From the human T2T-CHM13v2.0 reference genome, Homo sapiens: 64,000 nucleotides of DNA. The position numbers were made by a program, and so were the translations under genes. The stretch lies in assembly GCF_009914755.1 (NCBI RefSeq), contig NC_060928.1. One strand, given 5' to 3'. The notes beneath the pieces were generated by a model. The model was not told the origin of the DNA, made no database searches, and saw only the letters and a list, made by a program, of their open reading frames with translations. Of this stretch, positions 48,955 to 64,000 are shown in pieces (within the stretch, counting starts at the first letter, position 1; the number at the start of each line of letters is the position of its first letter).

Positions 48955-49730
48955 ACAATTGACCCTTGGACAACACGAGTTTGAACTGAACAGGTCCACT
49001 TATACATGGGACTTTTTTTTCCAATATGTATAATGAAAACAGTTTTGGAGATTTGCAACAATTTAAAAAATCTTACAAAAAAATTTTATAGCCCAGAAAT
49101 ATTATTTTAAAAAAGGGAAAGTTTGCTGTTTATGTATGCACACAATATTTAAAAGTATGTCTATTTTATCATTTCCTAACATAAGATATACACAAATCTA
49201 TTATAAGTAATTTATCAAAACTTATACACACAGACTGTACATGGCATCACTCACAGAGAAATGTAAACAAATGTAAAGATGCAGTATGAAATTATAACTG
49301 CATTACATTAACTGTACTACATATTGTACTATTGTAACAATTTTGCAGCAATCTCCTGTTGCTATTGCAGTGAGCTCAAGTGTTCCTAGCATCTGCTTAA
49401 AACACTGTGTGATGCTAATCATCTCTTCATGAGCAGTTGTCTCTACAGTAAATTACATATCACAGTAAAAAAATGTCTCGTGGCTCTTGTGTATTTTTTA
49501 TCGTGTTTAGTGCAATACTGTAAACTGTGACCAACACTGTGAGACCCATACAAAGTGCCACTGGTGATGCTGGAAGTACTCCAAAGAAGCAGAGAAAAGT
49601 TATGACATTACAAGAAAAAGTTTAATTGCCTGATATGTACTACATATACACGTGTCCCATAGAGTGAAGTCTGTAGTTGCTGTTTCCCACTATTCAGGCA
49701 GATGATTCAGCTTACAAACAGATGAGAAAA
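48955..49730 (+). mobile_element. Tigger2/Tigger2b-like 5' part with transposase N-terminus remnant
   Basis: TIR CAATTGACCCTTGGACAACAC; ...STPKKQRKVMTLQEKV at ~49575-49625. Confidence 0.82.
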
Positions 49731-50069
49731 ATAAACTTACATTCATAGAAATTTCTAGAGAGTGAGTCTACTGAACACTTAAAGCTTGATAATCATATAT
49801 TAAGGTAGTTTAGCAATCAGATCTTGCTGGTCTACCCTATATACTAAACTTAAAACACTGCTATGATTGTTAATACTAAGTATCAACTTGATTGGATTGA
49901 AGGATACAAAGTATTGATCCTGAGTGTGTCTGTGAGGGTGTTGCCAAAAGAGATTAACATTTTGAGTCAGTGGGCTGGAGGAGGCAGATCCACCCTTCAT
50001 CTGGTGGGCACAATCAAATCAGGAGACAGTGAATATATAGCAGGCAGGAAAACATAAAAAGGAGAGACT

Positions 50070-50202
50070 TGGGCGGCAGAGACAGGAGAATGGCGTGAAC
50101 TCAGGAGGTGGAGCTTGCAGTGAGCTGAGTTTGCGCCACTGCACTCCAGCCTGGGCGACAGAGCAAGATTCTGTCTCCAACAAAAAAAAAAAAAAAAAAA
50201 AA
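50070..50202 (+). mobile_element. 5'-truncated AluY (right arm only)
   Basis: TSD AAAAAGGAGAGACT at 50056-50069 and 50203-50216. Confidence 0.92.
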
Positions 50203-50386
50203 AAAAAGGAGAGACTGGCCTAGCCTCCCAGCTACATCTTGTTCCCATGCAGGATGCTTTCTGCCCTCCAGAATTGTACTCCAAGTTCTTCACTTTTGGG
50301 ACTTTGACTTGGACTGGTTATACTTGCTCCTCAGGTTGCAGACAGCCTATTTTGGGACATTGTGATTATGTAAGTTAATATTTAAA

Positions 50387-52996
50387 AAACTCCTATATAT
50401 ATAGGAGTTTATATATAGGACTTATAAATAGGTTTATATATAGGACTTAATAAACTCCTATATATATACACATGTATATATAACTATATATAGGAGTTTA
50501 TATAATATACATAAGTATGTAAGTATATATATTATATACTATATATCCTATATATATACCAGAGATAGTATATAAAGTATATATATACTATAGATCGTAT
50601 ATAAAGTGTATATATACTATAGATCGTATATAAAGTATATATATACTATAGATCATATATAAACTCTATATATACTATAGATAGGACACATAGTATCCTA
50701 TCTATAGTATATATAGACTTTATATATGATCTATACTATAGATAGGATATAAGTATATATATATACTATAGATAGAATATAAGTATATATATATAATATA
50801 GATAGGATATAAGTATATATATATATATATACTATAGATAGGATACTATGTATCTATCCTATAGATAGGATACTATGTATCCGATCTATAATATATATAA
50901 CATGTATCCTATCTATAGTATAAATATACTATATATCCTATATTATACTATCCTATAGTAGAGTATACTATGTATCCTACATATACTATATATCCTACAG
51001 TATATATATACACTACATATCCTGTATATACAATATATCCTATAGTATACATATACTGTATATCCTATTATATATATATACTGTATATCCTACAGTATAT
51101 ATACTGTATATCCTATACTATATAAACTGTATATCCTATAGTATATATATACTGTAAATCCTATAGTACATATATACTGTATATACTATAGTATATATAC
51201 TGTATATCTTATAGTATATATATACTGTATATCCCATATATTCTACATATGTACTATCCTATATATAGTATATATATACACTATATATATATGCTATATA
51301 TAGGATATATAGTATATTATATATACTTATATACATATATAGGATATATAGTATATATACACTACATATAATGTCTATATAGGATATATACTATATATAT
51401 ACTATATATATATAGGATATATAGTATATATATAATATATATAGGATATATAGTATATATATAATATATATAGGATATATAGTATATATATAATATAGGA
51501 TATATAGTATATTTACACTATATATAATGTCTAATAGGATATATAGTATATATATAATATAGGATATATAGTATATATATAATATAGGATATATAGTATA
51601 TTTACACTATATATAGTGTCTATATAGGATATATAGTATATTTACTTATATAATTATATAAGGATATATATAGTATATATATAGTATATATCCTTATATA
51701 ATTATATAAGGATATATAGTATATATATCCTTATATAATTATATATAGGACATATAGTATATATATATTTATATAAATATATATAGGATATGTAGCATAT
51801 ATATACTATATATAGGATAAATATAGTGTATATATATCCTATATATACACTATATATAGGATAAATAAGTATACATATAATATATATCATATATACTATA
51901 TATACTAAATACAGGATATATAGTATATATATAGGATATATATATAGTAGGTATATAGTATATATAAACTATATATAGTAGGTATATAGTATATATATAC
52001 TATATATAGTAGGTATATAGTATATATATACTATATATAGTAGGTATATAGTATATACATACTATATATAGTAGGTATATAGTATATATACTATATATAG
52101 TAGGTATATAGTATATATATACTATATATAGTAGGTATATAGTATATATATACTATATATAGTAGGTATATAGTATATATATACTATATATATGAGATAT
52201 AGGATATATAGTATATATATCCTATATATAGTATATATACTATATATATACTATATATAGGATATAAAGTATACATACTATATATATCCTATATATAGGA
52301 TATATAGTATATATATACTATATATGTACTATATATAGGATATATAGTATATATATACTACATATGTACTATATATAGGATATAGAGTATATATATACTA
52401 CATATGTACTATATATAGGATATAGAGTATATATATACTACATATGTACTATATATAGGATATAGAGTATATATATACTACATATGTACTATATATAGGG
52501 TATATAGTATATATACTATATATACACTATATATAGGATATATATACACACTACATGTAGAACATACATACATATATATATACATAGTATATATATCCTA
52601 TATATAGTATATATAGTATATATAGGATATATAATTATATATAGTATATATATACTATATATATACTATATATCCTATATATACTATATATACTATATAT
52701 AGGATATATAGTATATATATACTATATATAGGATATATATATCGTATATATAGTATATATCCTATATATATGATATATAGTATATATATCGTATATATAG
52801 TATATATAGGATAGATAGTATATATATAGTATATATATTGGATATATAGTATATATAGTATACATATATTATTTATAGGATATATAGTATATATATAGTA
52901 TATATATACTATATATAGGATATATAGTATATATATACTATATATAGGATATATAGTATATATATACTATATATAGGATATATAGTATATATATAT

Positions 52997-52997
<1 letters not shown>
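50387..52997. repeat. 2.6-kb TA-rich complex mini/microsatellite
   Basis: TATA runs punctuated by TAGGA/TCCTA and TAGTA/TACTA; ~26-bp and 40-bp sub-arrays. Confidence 0.97.
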
Positions 52998-55659
<2,662 letters not shown>

Positions 55660-56441
55660 TAATTATGTCCCTCTAGAGCACCCTAATACAAGTGCCTTTT
55701 ATCTCTTTAGTCCAGAATATGTTGTCAATATGCATTGAAATAATCACTTCTTTTTAACTTCATTTCCACATTTAAAAAAGTAATTTTGTATCTATCCCAA
55801 TGTAGTCAGTTTCAGAAATATTAGTAGAAACAATATTTTTTTCTGGTTGTATGGTTTCTACATATGTGGGTTTAATAAAAATAATATATTTATTTGGGGA
55901 AAGATTAAAATTACAAATATTAAAAATCAGAAAAAAACAATCTATTATATCTTTTTAATTTGTAAATGCCTTTCCAATGTCATTTTTAGTATACTATAAT
56001 AGTATTTTAGACAATTTTAATCAAGCTACTTTTTTACATTTTTCCTCCATTCTCTCAGAATGTAAAAGCAACTTTTAATGACAATAATGCTTTACTGTAC
56101 TTGTGCTGCTTTTCCTCCTGCTTTTAAGCAAGACATAAACTATAAGTGCACATTTTATTAAAAAGAATGTAAGAAAAACATTGCATTCAGATTTTAATTT
56201 GTGTGAGATTTATTTTTATGGAATTAACTTTTCAGAATCCTTTTAAATTTGCTTAAAACTTCTGTATGAATGCTCCTTCTCAAAATTTAATTATTTTATA
56301 TATATATATATAACATATATGCGCTATGATCTATTTAAAGTTTCAGGTTCTTAATGAAGGAAATGCAAATTTAAAAATCAATATTTTTCAATACATATTC
56401 AATTATAAAAATATCTGTAAATTAGATTACAAAATTGACTA

Positions 56442-57095
<654 letters not shown>

Positions 57096-57332
57096 ACTAT
57101 ATAAGAAAAAATGACTCAGAGTACATAAAAAACTAAATGTAACAACTACAACTATAAAATTCTTAGGAAAAGAAAAAAAATGTAGATGTATATCTTCCTG
57201 AACTTGAATTAGGAAATGATTTCTTACATTTGACAACAAAAGCATAAGCAACCACAAAAACAAAAAGTATACAAGTTGAATCTTATAAAAATAATATTTA
57301 TGTTCTATATGTGATATATATATGTCTCAAAG

Positions 57333-57823
57333 TGAAACCTGCCAAATTGTCCCATAGAACTGATATTTATGGCTTCTTTGAATAAACATGGAAATTGATT
57401 CTCTCAGTCTTATGAGAAAGTTACATTTGTCTTATTTGACTTCCTTTGTCAGAAACTCATCATCATGTCTTCTAGATAGTATCAAGGAGCTGAAACTTAC
57501 CAAATTCCTGCATCTGGACAATGGAACACTGGAATCTTTACTCATCATGATTGCCTAACTGACCACTTGCTTCTCCCTGACCAATTACTCTTCCTTACCC
57601 CTCACTAATTCCTGTTTTCCCACAGATGGTCACACTTCTTCCTTGCTATGTAAACCCCTAATTTTAGTCAATCCGGGAGAGGGATTTGACACTGATCTCT
57701 CATCTTCTCAGCTGCAGCACATGATTAAAGCCTTCTTAACTCACAATACTTGTTGTCTCAGTGATTGGCTTTCTGTGCAGTGAGCGGCAAGGCCCAGACC
57801 AAATCACTGGCATTTTGATAACA
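57333..57823 (+). mobile_element. Solo MER4-group LTR
   Basis: TGAAAC...TAACA; perfect 4-bp TSD AAAG at 57329-57332 and 57824-57827. Confidence 0.88.
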
Positions 57824-58217
57824 AAAGGATGCTATCAATAAAGTGAGAAGTCAACCCACAGCATGATATACAATATTTCCAAATTACATTTCTGATAAGG
57901 GAGTAATGTCAGAATATACAAAAATCCAATTAAAAATAAAAATACATGTGATCCAATAATACATGGACAAAAGATTTAAATAAACATTGCTTCAAGAGGA
58001 TATATAAATGAACAATAAATACAAGAAGATATGTTCAAATTAATAAGTCATTCAGGAAATGCAAGTTAAAATCATAATGCTATAGCACTTCACAGGTTAA
58101 GTATAAGAAAAAAATGGATCATAACAAGTTTTGGTAAGAAAGCAGAGAAATTAGAACCCTCATACATTGTTGGTGGGAAGGTACAATAGGGCAGCTTCTT
58201 TGAAAAATAGTGTGGTA

Positions 58218-58840
58218 TGTTGGTGGGAATGTAGATTAGTTCAACCCTTATGCAAAATTATGTGGAGATATCTCAAGGACCTAAAATTAGAACCGTCAGT
58301 TGACCCAGCAATCCCACTACTGGTTATCTACCCAAAGAAAAAGAAATCACTCTATCAAAAAGATATCTGCATTCATATGTTTATTGAAGCACTATTCACA
58401 ATAGAAATGTCATGGAATCAACCTAAGTGCCTATTAATGGTAGACTAGATAAAGAAAATTTGGCATATATACTCCATGTAATACTACAGAGGTGTAAAAA
58501 AGAATAAAATCATGTCATTTTCAGCAATGTGGATGCAGGTGGAGGTTATCATTCTAAGTAAATTAACACAGAAACAGAAAATTAGATATTGCACGTTCTC
58601 GCATATAAGTGTGAGGTAAAATATGCGTACACATGGACATAAAGACGGAAGTGATAGTCACTGGGGACTCCAAAAATGAGGAGATGGGAGGAGGGTAGGA
58701 TTAAAAAAAAACACCCACTGGATACTATGTTCCCTATTCCTGTGATGGATTCAAGAGAGCTGAAACTTACCAAAGTCTGCAACTCAGCATTATGTAATAT
58801 TCCCTTGTAACCAACATCCACATGAATCTAAAAAAAATAT
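58218..58840 (+). mobile_element. 5'-truncated L1PB/L1PA16-like 3' end nested in L1MB
   Basis: TSD ATAGTGTGGTA at 58207-58217 and 58841-58851. Confidence 0.82.
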
Positions 58841-59659
58841 ATAGTGTGGTAGATCCTCAAAAAATGAAACATACAGTTATGTTATGATCATCAATTCCTC
58901 TCCTGGATACATACCCTAGAAAATGGAAAATATATGTCTACATGAAAAACTAGTGCATTCATTATTATTGATAGCATCATTTTTAATAATGGAAAAATAG
59001 AAGAAACAAATGTCCGTTTGCTGATAAATAAATAAACAAAATTCATATTTTCATACAATAGATCAATACTCTGTCAAGAAAAATAATGAAATGCTGAGAC
59101 ATGCTGCAATATGGATGGACTTTGAAAACATTATGCTAAGTGAAAGAAACAGAAACAAAAGGCTACATATTGTAAGATTCCATTTATGTAAAATATCTAG
59201 ATTAGGTAGATTTTTAGAAACAAAAAGTAGATTAGTTGTTTTACAGCCCCCTGTAAAAAGGGAGAAACAGAGAATGGCTGCCAATCGGTATCGGATTTCT
59301 TTTAGGGGTGGTGAACACGTTCTAATATTAGTGAGGATGGTTACAAAGCTTTGGAAATCTACTAAAATCACTGAATTATACACTATGAAGGGGTAAATTT
59401 TATGGTATTTAAATTGTATCTCTTTGTAAATACAAATGATTACATTAATATTTTAAAATTTGTACTTATATATGCATTAATTTTTTTAGTTAGGTGATGA
59501 TTACATGGAAGGCTTTTGTAAGTAAACAATTATTTTAAAAAATAGGAATATAAGGCAAAACATTGTATATTAATTGTTCTTAAGTAGTAATTACAAATTA
59601 TCTTTTATGAAATATAAACTTACCATGCAGGTTGCTGAAACTTGAAATTAATTTACTTC

Positions 59660-59872
59660 ATTTACAAAAACAAACATTTTATTAAATTAATAAAGTGTCT
59701 GGATTTCTGTTAGGTGCAGGAGTTAAAATGATTCACAAAATAAGCTTAGCCTTTCTCTCAAAAAATGTAGACTAATGCAAAATACTGGCAGATAAATGAA
59801 AAAATGCAACTAAGTATGATCAGTGCTAAAATAAGGAGAACACACTGTGGTGTGGGAGAACATGCAAGGGGT
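59660..59872 (-). mobile_element. Probable L2 3' fragment
   Basis: AAACATTTTATT...TAGGTGCAGGAG pattern; degenerate. Confidence 0.45.
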
Positions 59873-59875
59873 ATC

Positions 59876-60732
59876 TGTGTAATTTCCTAGGGCTGCAGTA
59901 ACAACTGGGAGTCTAAAAACAGTGTGATTTCTATTTTACAGTTTTGGAGGCTGTAAGTAAGCAATCCTATCAATTTGGGTATACACTCAAATAAATATAA
60001 ATCATTCTACTGTAAAGACACATGCACGTGAATGTTTATTGAAGCACTATTCACAATAGCAAAGATATGGAATCAACCTAAGTGCTCATCAATGACAGAT
60101 TGGATCAAGAAAATGTGGTACATATACACCATGGAATACTATGAAGCCATGAACATGAAGGAGAACGTCTTTTGCAGGAATATAGATGGAGCTGGAGGCT
60201 ATTATCCTTACGAAACTAATGCAGGAGCAGAAAACCAAATACCACATGTTCTCACTTAGAAGTGGGAGCTGAATAATGAGAACTCAAACACAAAGAAGGG
60301 AACAACAGACACTGAGGTCTACTTGAGGGAAAAGGGTGGGAGGAGGGAGATGAGCAGAAAAAACAACTATTGGGTACTAGGCTTAATACCTGTGTGATAA
60401 AATAATCTATTTAACAAACCCCTGTGATACGAGTTTACCTATATAACAAACATGCACATGTACCCCTGAACCTAAAATAAAAGATTTAAAAAAAAACAAA
60501 TCAATGTATTAGCACGGTCATGCTCCCTCTCAAGTCTCTACTGGAAGATTTTTTCCCTGCCTCTTCCTAGCTTCTGGCGGAGTCAGACATTCCTTGGTTT
60601 GTGGTGACATAACTCAAATATCTGTATCTTTACATAGCTATTTTCTCCTTGTATGTGTCCATCACTTCACATTACATTTTTTTTTAAAGTACACTACACT
60701 AGTAATACTGGGTTAGGAGACAACCCTACTAG
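59876..60732 (-). mobile_element. MLT1 LTR interrupted by an L1PA 3' end (59959-60497, plus strand)
   Basis: TTTCCTAGGGCTGCAGTAACAA...CAGTTTTGGAGGCT, resuming at AAATCAATGT...GCCTCTTCCTAGCTTCTGG. Confidence 0.78.
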
Positions 60733-60737
60733 GGAAT

Positions 60738-61075
60738 TATGATAATTAAGTTTATGTGTCAACTTGACTGGATCAGGGAATGTCCTGATACCTGGTTAAA
60801 CATTATTTCTGGATTTGTGTGTGAGGTTATTTCTAAAGAGATTAGCATTTGAATTGGTGGGCTTATTAAAGCACATAGCCCTCCCCAATATGGGTGACCA
60901 TCATCCAATTCATTGAGGGCCCACATAGAGCCAAAAGGTAAAGGCAGGGAGCATTCACTGGCTCTCTGCTTGACTGCTTGAGCTAACACAGCAATTTTCT
61001 CCTGGCTTCATCGCTCCTGCTTCTCAGTCTTTCAGGTTTAAACTGCAAACTATCAATCATAGTACCCTGGATCAA
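60738..61075 (+). mobile_element. MLT2 LTR 5' fragment
   Basis: TTTATGTGTCAACTTGACTGG...AAACATTATTTCTGG. Confidence 0.75.
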
Positions 61076-61104
61076 AGAGACTTTCCAAGTATATGTGCTG
61101 AGTA

Positions 61105-61390
61105 AATACTAATACTTAACATGTATTATTATGTACCAGACACTCCTCAACAATGATTGATTAATTAAAAAGATAAATATATTTCAAATGCATATTTAAT
61201 GATAATAATCTATGTGGTAAGTACTGCTGTTTTTATTATTACCATGTATAGATATGGAAATGGAGGAAGAAATAAATTAAGTAACTTGACCAGGGTCACA
61301 AACCTAATGAACACAAAGGACAGAGCTGGAATGTGAAGCAGGCAATCTGGCTTCTGGCCATATTCTCCTGGCCAGTTCAAAATGCACTAT
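61105..61390 (-). mobile_element. MIR
   Basis: TTAAGTAACTTGACCAGGGTCACA core. Confidence 0.7.
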
Positions 61391-62419
61391 ATTTTAGTGG
61401 TTGTTTTTTCTTATAGGACTCTTAGGAGGGAGTTTGTATGAAGAGAGTGACTCAACTGAACTGAAGATCTCAAAAGAGAGAGAGAAGGAAAGAGGGAGAG
61501 GGGGGCATGGTTGCCTCACAATTTAAATGTAAAATATTTGTTTTTTTTTATAACGGGTACAGAGGTATCTCCTTTACTGTTGTGGAACTGAATTCAGAGA
61601 AAGACTCCTTTTTATTCAGGGAAAGCTGGATTTTACTGTTTGCTTTCAGTGCTTTTCTCTAGCATGAAAACACTAACATATATTTTAATCATCTTTTGAT
61701 GTTTCCTGGCATGCCACATGATAAATCAACTTTGAACATCCTCTGGGACTTCATAAAACTCATTCTTTATTTTTCTCCTTGCTTTTTAGGCCTTTGGTAG
61801 CTCAACATGGTGTTCTTTAAATAATGGAATCCCACCAAGACCACATCTGTCCAAATCACTTTCTCTTTTTCTAAGTTACTAAACATAAAACATTTAAATA
61901 TTAATTGACTCACAATGTTGCTTTAACAGCAAAATGGATATGTAGTTTCTGCATATTAAATTTCATACTTTATTATGTAAAGTTACTTTAAAAATATTTA
62001 CTTGTTTTAAAATGCTAATCTCCTTACCTCTATATGTCTACATGAATTACAAGTATAGATTATAATTTACTAATTTTATAATATTAATCAGAACCTAATG
62101 GAAAGAAAAATTTGGAAAATTAATAGCACTTTCACCAGATTAATTAGCTAGTTAGTATATATTTGCACTGAAAAATAAAATTTCCATATATATGAAACTT
62201 AAATAAAAGATTAAATTGTAGTATGTCAATGATATAGCTTTCTTTCACCTGTTTCTTTTGCAATTTATATTTTATTTAAAATTAGTATAGACCTTATATA
62301 TTAACATATATTTTATATATGTAAATAATATATAATATAGAAGTAAATACAAGTGTGTTTTTATATATATATCACACTTGTGTGATATGTACACACATAT
62401 GCACACACAAATATATATG

Positions 62420-62533
62420 TAACTATAGAAGGTGATAGATAACGTTAAATCACTTACCTGTAGTAATAACTTAACTATAAATATGTATATGAAAACATCA
62501 TATTATCTACCTCAAAAATTTATACAACTAAAA
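62420..62533 (+). mobile_element. L1MA extreme 3' fragment
   Basis: AGGTGATAGATA...AAAACATCA motif. Confidence 0.5.
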
Positions 62534-62569
62534 CATAGTTTACTAGAATTTCATGGAGTACATCAACAC

Positions 62570-64000
62570 ATTTTTTTTCAACTTTTATTTTAAGTTCTGG
62601 GGTATATGTGCAGGATGTGCAAGTTTGTTATATAGGTAAATGTGTGCAACAGTGGTTTGCTGCACAGAAAAACCCATCCCCTAGGTATTAAGTTCAGCAT
62701 CTACTAGTTATTCTTTCTAATGCTTTCCTTTTTCCTACCCCCACGGACAGGCCTCAGTTTGTGTTGTTTCCAACCCACCCTACCATGTGTCTGTGTGTTC
62801 TAATTGTTCTGCTCCCACTTAGAAGTGAGCACATGTGTTTAGTTTTCTGTTCCTGTGTTAGTTTGCTAAGGACACTAACTTCCAGCTTCATCCATGTTCC
62901 TGCAAAGGACATGATCTTGTTCCCTTTTATGGCTGCATAGTATTCCATGGTGTATATGTACCACATTTTCTTTGTCCAGTCTCTCATTGATGGGCATTTC
63001 AGTTGATTCCATATCTTTGGTATTGTAAATAGTGAGGCAATGAACATATGCCTGCATGCATCTTTATAACAGAATGATTTATGTTCCTTTGGGTACATAC
63101 TCAGTAATGGGATTGCTGGGTCAAATGGTACTTTTGTTTCTAGAATTTTGAGGAATTGCCACACTTTCTTCCACAATGTTTGAACTAATTTATACTTTCA
63201 CCAACAGTGTAAAAACATTCCTTTTTCTCAGCATCCTCACTGGCATCTGTTGTTTCTTGACTTTTTAATAATTGCCATTCTGACTGGAATGAGATGGTAT
63301 CTTATTGTGGTTTTGAATTGGATTTCTCTAATGTTCAGTCATGTGATTTTTTTCATGTTTTTTGGCCACAAGAATGTCCTCCTTTGAGAACTGTCTGTTA
63401 ATGCCTCTTGCCCAATTTTTAATGAGGTTGTTTGGTTTGTTTTTTTCTCATAAACTTGTTTTAATTCATTGCAGATTCTGGATATTAGACCTCTCACAGA
63501 GAGATAAATTGCAATTTTTTTTTCTAATTCTACAGGTTGTCTGTTCACTTTGATGATAGTTTCTTTTGCTGTGCAGATGCTCTTTAATTAGTTTCCATTT
63601 GTCAATTTTTGCTTTTGTTGCAACTGCTTTTGGCATTTTCATCATAAAATCTTTGCTTGTGCCTATGTCCTTAATGGTATTGTCTAGATTTTTTTTTCTA
63701 GCATTTTTATAGTTTTGAGTTTTACATTTAAGTTTTAGTTCATCTTGAGTTAATTTTTGTTTAAAGATAAGAAAGGGGTCCAGTTTCAATTCTCTTCATA
63801 TGGCTAGCAAGTTCTCCCAGCATCATTTATTAAGTAAAATATCTTCTCCCCATTGCTTGTTTTGTCATATTTGTCATAGATCAAATGGTTGTTAAGTGTG
63901 CAGTCTTGTTTATGAGTTCTCTATTCTGTTCCATTATCTATGTGTCTGTTTTTGTAACAGTACCATGCTGTTTTGGTTACTGTAGCCTTGTAGTATAGTT
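62570..64000 (-). mobile_element. L1PA (L1PA8-10-like) 3' end, runs off the window
   Basis: Poly-T, 3'UTR and ORF2 C-terminal fragments. Confidence 0.9.

Larger units (their letters stand above)
57100..59425 (+). mobile_element. Old L1MB-like ORF2 end and 3' UTR with nested inserts
   Basis: L1M motifs; 3' UTR AAAACATTATGCTAAGTGAAAGAA...GGGTAAATTTTATGGTAT. Confidence 0.78.

Overview
Primate (human-like) AT-rich, repeat-dense, apparently gene-free DNA. I recognise no cellular exon, RNA gene or CRISPR array, and the ORF-track entries I can place are LINE-1/ERV remnants or chance frames in repeats. The centrepiece is a defective HERV9/LTR12 provirus (33771-42412) with gag, pro-RT-RNaseH and env remnants and no recognisable integrase. 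It sits inside an Alu, which sits inside a MER4-group internal sequence. The most unusual observation is that this provirus is flanked by a 134-bp direct duplication of the host Alu right arm instead of the normal 4-bp target-site duplication (TSD). Other structures: two 5'-inverted (twin-primed) L1PA elements, one with a short 3' transduction-like tag; a 2.6-kb palindromic TA-rich expansion inside an MLT2A LTR; a 310-bp tandem duplication; a fold-back repair scar; and many solo LTRs, Alus, MIRs and Tigger relics. Subfamily names come from my recall of consensus sequences, not from a database search. I see no evidence of a new protein-coding system; the novelty lies in insertion and rearrangement mechanisms.
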